DNA of 64,000 nt from Eledone cirrhosa. Lineage: Eukaryota. Below are positions 14,377 through 27,665 of this stretch, in pieces; within the stretch, counting starts at the first letter, position 1; the number at the start of each line of letters is the position of its first letter. Where the stretch lies: the NCBI GenBank assembly GCA_964016885.1, contig OZ024741.1, positions 375,286,001-375,350,000 of the forward strand, given 5' to 3'. The notes under the pieces are model-generated. The model searched no databases. It saw only the letters and a program-made list of their open reading frames with translations, and was not told the DNA's origin. The translations under genes were made by a program, and so were the position numbers.

Positions 14377-14414
14377 CGAGAACAATTGTTTCACCTTACC
14401 GGATCCTCAGCTCG
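14377..14414 (-). ncRNA. Minimal type I hammerhead-like motif
   Basis: CGAG-CTGAGGA-TCC(GGTAA)GGT-GAAA-CAATTG-TT-CTCG; palindromic stem III; fold-back hairpin at 14400-14438. Confidence 0.65.
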
Positions 14415-14580
14415 TGTCCATTACGAGCTGAGGATCCGCTTCTACCTAACTCGTCCCATGGACTGAGTGCTCTACCACCACGGATATTACCTTCCAGTGT
14501 TCTACCACTATATATATATATATATTTATATATTTTTTATTATATAAAGAAATGGCCTCTACAGGACTACACACACACAT

Positions 14581-14707
<127 letters not shown>

Positions 14708-14887
14708 TGTGTGTGTGTGTGTATGTATACACACACATATACATATATATATAAATTCAGGAGCGAATGACATATATAGAAATATATCAAACATTAAACA
14801 TTAAATTCGGAATTTATCCTTGAGCTTTCTTTGCAGGCGATATGGCGCGTGTCTTTAATTTTCTTAGACACACCTACATTAATTTTA

Positions 14888-14929
<42 letters not shown>

Positions 14930-15750
14930 GGTTTGTTGGTTCACCACCGGATAGAATTGGTCATTCCGTATGGTCAATCTTGATGCAATATTATGGAAAG
15001 TACTCAACGTAGTGCAGTTCACCCGTCTTCGTTTGTGTAGTTGGTGGTGCGAATACGGAGTTAATTATTATGAATAAAATAACAGGAGGCTAGACTGGTG
15101 TAAAATTTTACTTATACCTATAAACTCTGGGCTTAGGCATAACTGTTAGCTGCATCATGCCTCCCTCTACTGGCACATAAATAAACCCCTCCTGTGTGAA
15201 TTAATAGTATTCGTTTGGTATAGACGATGGCCTGTAGAAGATGGTAGACTTCCCGCTAACACACCCGAAGCCTATGGCAGTCGCGTTCCTAGAGTACTCG
15301 GAAAAATTAATTTCCATTTCTTTCGCTAGACGATACCACTCGAAACTGGCTGACACGTGGTTAGGAGGTGCTGGCTGGGATTTACAATTAGGATTTACTC
15401 TATATCCCACCTTGATAACTTATAGGGATTCCAAATAATACACTTAAACCTTTTCATATAAGACTCTCTCTGTAGTTTCATTAAATAAATCCCGCAACAC
15501 AAACCTTTAATTTTCTATTAATTTTCTAATTATTTAAAAAATTTCTTTTAACTCTTAATTTTTTAAAACTTTTAATTTATTTTCATCCTTTAACTCTTAA
15601 CATAAGTTAACGTTTCAATTTTCTGTTCACACATTTGACCATACAGACACCCATTATATGTGCCTTTGTTAAAGTATAGGTTCTTTGGAATAACATTTTT
15701 CGCGGCGTCTTCTTGCCTGACTGTAGTGTGACCCTTGCGCTGACTTTCCT

Positions 15751-15783
<33 letters not shown>

Positions 15784-16183
15784 TCTTTTTTTCTTCTCTG
15801 ACGGAGAGGTGGTAGTACACTATAAGCCTTCGCCCCTTCACCAGATGGTCATTAGTAGACCGAATAGCCATCACTTGAGGGCGACTGACCGAGGTGAAAG
15901 CAGCTAGTTGGTCAGTCGTCCTCTCTGTCTCTGATTTTCGGACCCATGGATTTTTATATATTCCTTTGTTATATTTCGAATACCTGATGATATCACCGGA
16001 TTCATACGGAACCCGGTCATTGAAATGACCATAGTATAATAAACTTTTCAAGGATTTACACCAGACCAGCCTCCTGTTATTTTATTCATTATATATATAT
16101 CACTAAAATTAATACAGGTGTGTCTAAGAAAATTAAAGACACACGCCATATCGCTTCGTCTCGATCAGTGACGACATTGTTTT

Positions 16184-16219
<36 letters not shown>

Positions 16220-17006
16220 AAAACAATGTCGTCACTGATCGAGACGAAGCGAGAGTGTATTTTAATACATATAGAAATGACTAAACTCATCGCTAGAACA
16301 GCCGTTACAACAGCCAATGCTGTCAAAGACAGCGATGAGTTTTCTCAGTTTTATATCTATTCAAATACTTCGCTTCGTCTCAGTCAGAGACAACATTGTT
16401 TTTTCATTTAATTTTATCATAGCTATGATTAACTTTCAATTTAGGACAGACACCTCAGCTTCAGGTCCATTATCCCATTATTTTCCTTTTCTTTCTTTTC
16501 TTTCATCCTTCTATCTGTGCTGTTTTATCACACAAACACATCATACCAGCAGAAAGATTTACTTTTCTGTTGCATGATCCAGCATTTTAAAATGGTACTC
16601 TCAATTAAATCTTATGAAACCATTTTGCTGGTTTGAGAGCTGATGGGGGTGAAGATGTGTGTGTGTGTAAACTTGAAATTCTCTTCCTAACCACTACAAT
16701 TTACAAACAATTTAAAGAAACATCAATCGTAATCTCCTCCCTCGTTGAATTATGGTCTCTCTGATTTGTCCTTTACAGTCAATTCTGTGCGCCAACACAC
16801 TTCTCCTTGTCCTCCATTCTTTCAATATTTTCTATACTTCACCTGATATCACCCACCTTATGGATTGTCTCTTCGTTGACCACTGGCCGCTGGTCTCTGT
16901 CCTCTGAGACAGTTTTGCCCATCACTGTCTTTGACAGCATTTAGCTGTTTTAACGGCTGTTCTAGCGATGAGTTTAGTCATTTTTATATGTATTATATAT
17001 ATATAT

Positions 17007-17083
<77 letters not shown>

Positions 17084-17774
17084 TGCAAACATAAATTTCT
17101 CTGCTTTTTACTTATACACATAAACACACACACATACACATACATATATACATATATTAATATATATGTATATATATCCTTGCGCGTGTGTGTGAAATGA
17201 ATGTGTACGTGTTGTTATGTATATAATGTTTGGTTTGAAATCATTAAGGAGGATGAAACTACTTTCATGACAGAGAGAAGTACTCATGTACTGAAATAAT
17301 GTTTGTTGTTCTTGTGACGCTGTGATGAGACCATTTATATAAGTTGATGTGGCAGAAATTCCTTAGAGATGCCAAGGACAAAAGTAAACAAGTAAATATT
17401 TGAATAAATAAATGAATGAATATATGTCAGTAGGGTTTCAAGGATGTAAGTTCTATTTTGATAAAACCCACTTTATCCTTTTTTTACTTCCGTCTGTATG
17501 CATACGTACATAGATATATAGATACACACACACACACACATCCATCCATACATACATACATATAATAATAATAATAATAATGATTTCTACTCTAGGCACA
17601 AGGCCAGCAATTTGGGGGTAGGGGAAAGTCGATTAAAGCGACTCCAGTACATTACTGGTACTTTATTTTATCGACCCCGTAAGGATGAAAGGCAAAGCTA
17701 AACTCGGTGAGATTTGAACTCATACCGTAAAGGACCGTAATAATGATAATAATGATGATAATGATGATGATGAT

Positions 17775-18050
17775 TTCTTTATTAACCACACAGGACTCAC
17801 ATTAAGAAAACATTAAAGACGGCACAGGACAGCATATGACAGTAATGTGGGTTTTTGTGTATAAGAAGTTTGTAACAAAAACTAAAACATACACATTTGA
17901 AAAATCAAACAAAACAAATTCCCCAAACGAGGCTGAGGTACCTCTGAGGGTCACTCGTGGAAAAAGTCCACAAAAAGCCGCGGTCATACTGACTGCTGGT
18001 GCAAGTGCCCTCTCCTAGTTTTTCACCTCAAATATACAGGCACATGCTCA
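17775..18050 (-). mobile_element. 3' end of a probable Tx1/L1-clade LINE; related copies 37997-38180-, 38591-38870-, 40790-40920+
   Basis: Shared terminus TGTGG(C/T)TAATAAAGAAA abutting microsatellites; shared GAGGGCACTTGC..GTCAG segment between the 17775 and 38591 copies. Clade assignment is inference. Confidence 0.55.
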
Positions 18051-18094
18051 ACACAAACAGCAACATAACTGAAACAAGATATTGAACTACTTAC

Positions 18095-18159
18095 AACTCA
18101 TAAGGGTCTTTAAAAAGATTCAATTCTTCACCGAGGAATTCAGCGTATGTTGCCCAACC
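18095..18159 (-). CDS. DUF885 exon (GWATYAEFLGEELNLFKDPYE-L)
   Basis: ctttaAG / GTaagt; 65 nt, phase 0 to 2; completes EGWAxYAE. Confidence 0.95.
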
Positions 18160-18195
18160 CTTAAAGAAAGAAAAAACACCCCGTTAATTAGATTA

Positions 18196-18240
18196 TTCTT
18201 ATGCAAACATTTCAATTATTATAGTCGCCTCATCAGAGAA
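18196..18240 (-). ncRNA. Hammerhead-like motif with degenerate stem II
   Basis: TTCT-CTGATGA-GGCGACTATAATAATT-GAAA-TGT(TT)GCA-TA-AGAA. Confidence 0.45.
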
Positions 18241-19096
18241 AAAAATTCCCCCATGATTCCGTGTATGAAGGGGCATTGCTATAGCAACGCAATATATCTC
18301 ATACACAATAAATAAAATATATGAAACGATCAGTCTAATTTGCATGACATACATACGTTTGGTGGCGTGATTAAATAAATAATAAAGATTTATAGTAGAA
18401 CAGCATATAGTTCTATAAATATTTTCGGGGGAATTTTTGAAAAGCTTTCCTCTTTGTTGTTTAGTCTTCGTGTGTTTCAACGTAGCACCAGATTGGCGGC
18501 TAGGTCTCATCCATTTACAGTTGAACGTCCTAAATTCAATCGCAAATTCTATTCTGATAATTTATTCCCTCGCACATCTCACCCATGAAATTCTCTTCGT
18601 AACCACTACAATTTACAAACAATTTAAAGAAACATCAATCGTAATCTCCTCCCTCGTTGAATTATGGTCTCTCTGATTTGTCCTTTACATCTCTTGTCAC
18701 TTCCTCTTCCACTCCCTTTCTCTATCCCTGTCTGTAAAAAATAGGCTGTAATCAGATCTGGAGAAGGGTGATTCCATCAGGTTTAAAATTCTCAAGAAAT
18801 GCCACATGGCAGTACAGTAGCCCTGAGATTCCACCAGGAGTTACGAGTATACATACATATATAATATATAAAAGCTGGAATGCTCTTTATTTTAATTCAG
18901 CTTCATCAGAGATGGAGCCAATCAACAGTAACAACAAAAATGAGCCGATCGTCTGATCGGATCAAGGAAATTATGTTTAACAGCAGTAAGTGCTACAACA
19001 ATGATAACAATAACAGCAACTACAAACAGAGAAAGGATGGAAGCAACCGACTGACTTTAAAGAAAGCAAGACAATATTTCGTCAACAGAAACCTAC

Positions 19097-19204
19097 CTCC
19101 ATGAATGCTGCATAGTTTGGGAGAGCTAGAGGCACTGCATAATTTTTGCCGGAGAGATAAAGACGTCGGTATTTCGGTATTGGGCTGGCGTTACTGTAAG
19201 AGAT
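19097..19204 (-). CDS. DUF885 exon (ISYSNASPIPKYRRLYLSGKNYAVPLALPNYAAFME)
   Basis: ttttacAG / GTaggt; 108 nt, phase 0 to 0; 'P.(F/Y)RR' and 'A(F/Y).E' leading into EGW. Confidence 0.93.
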
Positions 19205-19619
19205 CTGTAAAAGAAACAGACATTATACAGAAGAGATTAAAACACACACAACAGCATTGAAATTACGACCGAGGCCTTGCTGTGAAAGACAGGGAAACAT
19301 TAGTTGGAAGGGAAGTATAAGGTTGCAATCTAGAATGGATACAACAGGGAGATTAGTAGCTTATAGCTATTTACAGTGTATACAAACTCGATAAAAACAA
19401 AACTGACCTTATTTGCATAACATTGCATGCGATAGCAATGGGAATTAACTAATAGTTCACTACGTTTAATGCTTTTAAATGGTGCATTATTTTATCGACC
19501 CCGGCGAGATTTGAACTTAGAACGTAGATAGTCGTAAATAAATACCACAAAGCACTTTGTCCGACGCTCTACCTATACTGTCAATCCAATGCCATAATTA
19601 ATCAGTTAATCATTCTATA

Positions 19620-20520
19620 ACAGTTCCTTATTGCCTTGAAATCTCTATACGAATGCCGTAGTATTTGTGTTCGAATAAAAGTCGAAAAAATTCAATTTGA
19701 GTGTTGGTATTTGCTAAGAGTGAGTACTGACTTCTCTCCTATTCATAATCTTCAAGATTGACATCCGCAGCCGGGTTGGAAGTGATATCAAAACTGGTGA
19801 GGGTAGTATCAGTTGGCTGATATTTGCAGACGATATTGTGCTACTTAACTTATCGGAAGATGACCTCCGACATACACATGATAGGTTTGCTGCCGAGTGC
19901 CGCACAACAGGAATGAAATCATTGCTGCAAATACTAAAACAATCGCCCTCTCAAGGAAGCCTGTTCAGTGCACTCTACATGATGTCGTTTTCACGAGTAA
20001 TAGAAGACAGGAAACGGAATTGAAAAAAAGAATTGCTGGAGCTGGTGCAATAATGCGCCAGCTTCAGCACTTGGTCATCGGAAAAAGGGAAGTAGGTGAA
20101 AAAGCCAAACTCGCTATCTTCAATTCGGTGTTTATGCTAGTCATGAATTTTGGGCAATGGCCAAAAGAATACGATCGCTACTCCATATGTTACAAAGCAC
20201 AAAGATTATGGATTCACTCCAGGCAGAAACACTACTTTTACGCATCGAGAGATATCAGCTCCGGTGCTTCGGACATGTAGTTAGAACGTCTAAGAATGGC
20301 TGGACGGATTTTACGGCCAGGGCCAACAGAGTGAAGACCCATGGGTAGAATACGTGCAAGATGGTTGGGTAACATCCATGAGCTCGGCTAGATTCACTTG
20401 GGGATCCAGTCGGGTCAATTGGAGACGGTACTTCTGACAGGACCTGTTGGAAGGCATGTCTGAAGACTCTGAACCCATGGCCCTCCCAAGAAGAAGAAGA
20501 AGAAGAAGAAGAAGAAGAAG
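19620..20520 (+). mobile_element. 5'-truncated, decayed RTE LINE with (AAG)n tail
   Basis: Broken frames LLFII..., LIFADDIVLL, RIERYQLRCFGHVVR; (AAG)n at 20488-20520. Confidence 0.8.
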
Positions 20521-20997
20521 AATTTCTAATTCAGGAACAAAGGGAAAGTCGATTATATCAACCCCAGTATTTAACTGGTACTTCATTTTATCGACCATAG
20601 AAGGATGAAAGTCAAAGTTGATATTAGCAGGATATAAACTCAGAACGTAGAAAGTCGTAACTGAATACCGCAAAGCATATTGTCCGATGCTCTACCGATG
20701 CTGCCAATCCACTGCCGGCTTATATGTAGAGAGTCGGACACTATGCTTTACAACATAGAGTTACGGTTCTTTATGATCTGAGTTCAAATCCCGCCGAGGT
20801 TAACTTTGCCTTTCATCCTTACGGGGTCGATAACATAAAGTACCAGTAATGCAATGTGCCAAAAGTAGAAACAATTATTAATCAGTTAATTATAACTTAG
20901 ATTTAAAATTTGGAATCAGAAACTACTAAAAATGATTTCTACTTGTATATCTGTTAAATGGTATAACTTACATTTTAATTTATTCTATAAATACACA

Positions 20998-21066
<69 letters not shown>

Positions 21067-21449
21067 TACATGCAATATAATATACACTGACTATAGCTAT
21101 GGGTACATAAAATGTTGATATAAGTATTTATTTTCGGAGCCTGAGATCTCAAATTTCATGTAAGCGTGCACTCCTCAGTTACGTAGAAATTACGATGTAA
21201 GTTAGCAAGGATATTTTCTACGGATGGAAGTGTCTAATTATCAAATCTTAGGGATGCTATAATGAACATCACAGCATGGCTAAGAAATGGTTTCTAATTT
21301 AGGCACAATGCCAACAATTTGTGGGAGTCGAAATTCGATATATATTGACCTCAGTACTTGATTATATGTATCACCCTGTAAATCCTGATGGAGTCGTAGG
21401 ATGCCGTCGTTGCATACGACATGACTTAAACCTGACGGAGCCCATCCTA

Positions 21450-21492
<43 letters not shown>

Positions 21493-22627
21493 GAAAATAT
21501 GGGTGAGAAGAATACTGCTGGTTGCACATGGATAACATGTTATAAAATGAGTCCCTCATCAGTGATTTACCAAACGATCATGGGTATTTCATCGCATTAA
21601 AAATCATATACCTCACGTTGGAGCGATAATAACTAAAATAAGTTATTAGGACAATAGAAACGCGTAAAGCGAGTGAGACAAGTAAACAACACAGGGGAAA
21701 GCTAACCGAAGATGGAAATAAACACAAGCAACATAGTTATTCTTTCAGCATAAGCTGTGTGAATATATGAGCGAGTCAGAAAACAGACCTTTCGCTAGTG
21801 AATCCGCTGTTAGAAAGAATGAATATATATATATATATATATCCAGGTCTGAAAGTCGATTTCCTTTTTCAGAGAAAGAGAGAGAGGGGGTGATAGAGAG
21901 ATATAGAGAAGAAGTGAGAAAGAGATATTAGAAGGAATCAACCCCTGTACTCTCCTGGGACTTCGCAGAGAGCCGGAACGAATACAGCAAAGCATTCTAT
22001 CCAACGTTCTAACGACTCTGTCAATTCGCCGCCGCAGTACATGACTGGCACATTAACATATGACCCCCCCCCCCCGGGAAGATGAAAGGTAAAGTTGGCT
22101 CCGGCAGGAGTTAAATGTAAAGAGCCGTATTAGTAATTATTTTCGAAGCTCTAGCGATTCAACCGAACGATATAATTGAAACTGCATTCAGTTCATTTCT
22201 CATTAACTAGCATAACAAGAGTTGGGAGCACCATTTATTTCTAATATCTAATATGAGTTGTTTAGTTGGTGTGATGTTACGGTTGACAGCATATAAAGAT
22301 AAGGTCAAGAGAGCGAGAGTAAAAAAGATAAATAGAGGGTATTAACAGTTAATTGGAAAACGAGTTATACCTGTAATTCAACGGACTAGTCTGAAACTTC
22401 TTGAGAATTACATAAAGGATACACGTGTCTGTGAAATGCTCATTCACTTGCATGCTCATTTCACAAGTAGGCTGTTCTGCTGGTCGAACACTTGGAACAC
22501 AGTCGTCGACTGAACCGACAGAGGTCCACCTTCTCATATGTGTGTATGAGTGTACATGTAAGTGCGTGAGTGTGTGTATGTGTGGGAGTTACTATAGTTG
22601 AAGATCAAGCAAGGCGTTACTGTAGAG

Positions 22628-23506
22628 CTGAGGTTCTCAAGGTGGGACAACTGTCACCGCCCACCCTGGGGGTGTTGTGAAGGTCAAGGGGACACTGGGC
22701 CAAAGGGGTCTTTAGAGATGATATAATAGTGTATTAAATATCAAATGATACATATTATACTTGGCGTTGCAATAAAGTCTTTAGAATAGTAGGCTGTGTG
22801 CCGTATACAGCAGTAAATGTAGTTAATATTAGTTGGACTTTGAATTTTGTTGTAGACGTATGAATGCTGTATTTTGTCACAGGCCTTTGTATAATTATTT
22901 TGCTGTCCTTCTTGTGAGTTTATCATATATGCATTGAACTGCTCAATCCACAAAATATGTTTTTCCAGAAGAGACGAGAGGCTATGATCAAACAATCACC
23001 CTATAGTCCCGACTAAATTTGTGCGATCGTTGGGTGTTCAAGTTATTAAAGCAACATCTTTGAAAATTTGTTTTCGCATCATTAGAAGAGGTCGTAGATG
23101 AATCGTTACACTGGTTTCGACAATTGCCGAAGGAACGGTTCCAGAAAGAATTAAATGCTTTGCATAAGCACTGTAAAGATGATATTGCATTCAATGGAGA
23201 TAATGTTTTGCAGAATAAATACATTTTAGTTTGAATATGTTGTGCATTTTCATGTAAAGGGTTATTCTAAAGACTTTATAACCACGCCAAATATATAAAT
23301 ATAGTAAAATATTAAAATATGTAATATTTATTTATACATAGTATATATTATATTATTTATTATATATCAATTAACGATTTTATTTATTATATATTATTTA
23401 CAATTTGCGTGTAGACATGTCTGTCTGGAAATAGGGGTGGGGCATTGAAGGTATTACGTGGCCGTGAGTGGGAGAGGAGACGGGGTGCAACATTTGAGAA
23501 CCTCTG
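22628..23506. mobile_element. hAT (Charlie-like) element containing a mariner-type transposase remnant
   Basis: TIR C(T/A)GAGGTTCTCAA, 8-bp TSD CTGTAGAG at 22620-22627 and 23507-23514; internal + strand KQSPYSPD/NLCDRWVF...WFRQLPKERFQKEL..IAFNGD. Confidence 0.75.
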
Positions 23507-23894
23507 CTGTAGAGGATGCACAGTGAGTGGGAGATGACCGGAACGTGGGTACATTCGAGTTGACAGAGTGTGAGTCAGAGAGAACCACATTAGTGTACAC
23601 TGTGAGGAGGTAGTCTTACAGGAAGTTTCCATACCTATGACATAGACACACCTACACACATACACACATTCACACATATACACACACATTCACACACATA
23701 CAAACAGATATGTATGTATGTCTATATTTATGTGTCTATATATATATACATATGCCCTGGTGGCAAATAAATAGAAAGTTATATATATATATACATATGC
23801 ACGCACGTATATGTAAACATAAAAATTTATATATATGCACACACACACACACATACATATATATATAACGTGTGTGTGTGTGTGTATATATGTG

Positions 23895-23927
<33 letters not shown>

Positions 23928-23928
23928 A

Positions 23929-23982
<54 letters not shown>

Positions 23983-24142
23983 CAGATATATGCATGCATA
24001 TATATTTACATACAGATACATTCACATATGTATATTTACACATCTACACACACACACACACACATATGCATACATAGATATAGATATATATATGTATATA
24101 TATCCATACATCCATATATACATATGTGTCGATCTACAACAC

Positions 24143-24258
<116 letters not shown>

Positions 24259-24820
24259 TATTTAGAAATAGAAAGAGAAGCAGACATATCTGATAGTTCA
24301 ACTAGTCACCTGCTTTTAATTTTAGGGAGCTGGAAACAATAACTGTGCCGCCTATATTTACATTGTCAGCAACGTCTTAACACAACCTTTGCTAACAAAA
24401 CAGACGATAATTTGTAATTATGCAGGAAAACCTGACTACAAATTTTCTCTTGTAACTATAGCTTTATACATATATACATATATATGCATACATACATACA
24501 TAGACACATAATACATACGCATATACTTACATATATATAATCATTTATATACATATATATGTATTATGCTTTATGTTCCATCTGGTTCCTTACCACAACT
24601 CCTTCGTTATATATATGTGTCTGATGGTAGCTAAGATGCTTCCATAGGCGGTATGCCGGTTGAGCACTATATGCTCTTACAGAGCAGAGTATGATATATA
24701 TATATATACATACATTTATAGACACATACATACATAGACACATGCATACATATATACATATATATGTGCATATATATATATATACATTCAAACATTCATA
24801 CCTATATACATACATATATA

Positions 24821-24912
<92 letters not shown>

Positions 24913-24924
24913 CGTTCATATATA

Positions 24925-25260
24925 TATGCTGAGGATGGCTCTGAACATTAATCAGTATACACTGAGGATGAAGAACTCAGCTGTATGGGAGCCTCCCAAA
25001 AGTCAGTTCCAAAGTAGCACAGAGGAGACTGAGGTTAGCTGGATGCTCACCGACATTCAGAGTTGACACTGCACTCAGTGCTCCTGTGGGAGCCCCTACA
25101 TGGACAAACTAGAAGTGGTAGACCGAGGTTGTCATATGTTGATGCCCTAAGGACAGACACAGGTCTCTTGGAGACGCATGACATGGCAGCGATGATGAGG
25201 GACAGAGACCGCTGGAGAGAACTCGTCCATGGATCTCGGGAATTTTACCCGCCCAAGATA
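24925..25260 (+). mobile_element. 5'-truncated copy of the RTE 3' end (same family as 27873-28901) inserted in (TA)n
   Basis: Aligns to 28566-28900 with scattered substitutions and small indels. Confidence 0.9.
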
Positions 25261-25297
25261 GATAGTAATATATAAGATAGTGATATATACATCTAAA

Positions 25298-25405
<108 letters not shown>

Positions 25406-25520
25406 AAATTGTTGCGATACAACAAGCAAATATTTTTATAACTGATATAAAGCACTCAACAAATATTTGGAGTAAAAATACGATATTAACAAATGGAAAC
25501 TATATTTATAAAACCATATT

Positions 25521-25585
25521 TATTTCATTATACATATTTCAAGGACACCAAGTTAAATTATGGTGTGCTTTCATCAGATAAAATA
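25521..25585 (-). ncRNA. Type I hammerhead-like motif (left arm of the LINE-split palindrome)
   Basis: Exact reverse complement of 29073-29137. Confidence 0.65.
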
Positions 25586-25598
25586 TAATATAGATCAG

Positions 25599-27665
25599 TA
25601 AGATCTTCATCAGGCAGTAACGGTCCACAGAATCAAAGGCCTTCCTAAAGTCAATGAAAACCATGACCGCAGGAAGGAACTTTGCTCTAGCTCCCTCTAA
25701 TATCCTCCTCAGCATCAGGATGTGACTGGTGGTTGATCTACCCTCTCTGAAGCCGTTCTGGTTGTCCCTGAGCTTCTTCTCCATCTCAGGCTGGATCCTG
25801 TTAAGAATCATCCTGTTGGGGGTCTTTGCCACAAGTGACGTCAGTGAGATCCCCCTGCAGTTGTTGGTGTTAGAGAGATCTCCCTTCTTTGGCACTGGGA
25901 CGATGTTACTGATCCTCCACTGATTCTGGGCAACTCCTTTATCCAGTGCCCCGTTACAGAACCCCAGGATGATATCATCAAAATCACACCTCTTCATCAC
26001 CTCTGATGCCACTCCATCTTCTCCATGAGCCTTGCCCTCCTTGATCTTCTTCTTGGCTCTCTGAAGCTCCTCTCTGGTGAAGGGCTCTGTCTCAACATCC
26101 AGTTCCTCAAACAGCTGCCTGATCTCCCCAGTGCTCTGGGCTGTGGAGGGTGGCTCTCCTAGCAGGGTCCTAAAATGGTCTAGCCATTTCCTCTTCCTAT
26201 CCTCGAGCCCCGTTCCCTGGATCTGACTCGAACACCTTCTCTTCCTCCCTGTGATCTCGTTGATGATCATCCAGCTCTCCTTACATCCAGATCTGTCAAC
26301 CGCTCTCTCCACACTTTTGATCTTCTCTATCAGTGCCTCCTCTCTGACCTCAGTGTAAGCGGTACAGAGCTCTTCCCTCATCACCTCCACAGTCTCTATC
26401 CTCTCCTCCGTAGGATCAGCATAGAATTGGTCCTTGGCAGCTTTCAGGTGTTCTCTGGCTGCACACACTTTTGGGTTTGCAGAGCTGACGTTCTTCTCTT
26501 TGTTCTTTTTCCTCGGCACCAGGGTTTCACTTGCTTCCGCCACTGCATTGGTGAAGTGCCCGTACCTCCTCGTCACACTCTCCTCAGTCCATCCAATCTC
26601 TCTCTCCTCTGACTTTCCATACAGAGCACTAAACCTGTTTCTCACTTCCACTGTGAACCTCTCCTGTAGCTTATCATCTTCCTTGAAAGCTCCCCAGTCA
26701 TAGATTGCTCTCTGGGGCCGAGCCTTGCTCTTTCTTAAGCTCACCCGGACCTCACTCATAACAAGCCGGTGGTCACTACCCAGTGTACTGAAATAGTTGT
26801 ATGGTTCTGTGTTCAGAACACTATTCCGCCACTTTTTCCTCACTAGAATGAAATCAATCTGGGACTTGGACAGGTGCATATCTGAGATGTAGGTCCACAT
26901 CTTCCCCAGATTCTTCCTAAACCTTAGGTTGGTCGCCATCAAGTTCGCCTCCAGCAGGGTGTCTCTCAGTAGTTTTCCATTTCGGTTGGTGTTGTTATGG
27001 GAGTACCAGCAAGGATCTTCACTGCCCTCCTTACTCAGATGTGCATTGAAGTCCCCCAAAACAAGCAGGATATTGTGTGCCTGAGTGGTGTTGACAGCTC
27101 TACACACCTCCTCATGGAACTCTTCCGCACTCACATCACTGTCCCCCTCGGTTGGACCATAGGCCGAGATGACTGTCAGTCGTGGGTTTCCATTGAAGGT
27201 CACCCTCAACACTCGCAGGGAGATAGGCATTATTTCCCTCACCAACAGATTGGTTTTTGCACTGAACACAAAACCCACTCCTCCTACTGCAGCATTTGTT
27301 GTGTTGTTCACTGCCGATGTAGTGATGAGCTGGCTCCTCTTCCCGATCATCACACTCCTCACGGGCTCATCGTGTAGGATCCTGTGTTCTTGGATCGCAA
27401 GTATCTGTATACCACTCTCCTCGAACAGATGTCCCAACTCCTCTCTCTTCTCCAGCGTCCGAATAGTCCTCACATTCAAAGTGCCCATTTTGATGGCTCT
27501 TCTGCAGGACAAAACTGCATTCTTTATATTTGTCTCAGAGACAGCTGATCCATCATCCACTGGCCCTCTCTGTGGCTCTAAGCCAGCAGAGTCATAACGA
27601 CCAGGCTGCTCCTTGACAGTGTAATTAGGGGCTCTAACCCTAGTGCTGTTAGATCGACTCTCCAT
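25599..27665 (-). CDS. RTE ORF N-terminal part: APE endonuclease + start of RT (~689 aa from ATG; reads on to a stop at 25539 in flanking DNA)
   Basis: TLNVRT, AIQEHR, LGDFNAH, IDFIL and SDH endonuclease motifs; PVPKKGD, RGISL, QNGFR and DFRKAFDSV RT motifs. Confidence 0.9.
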
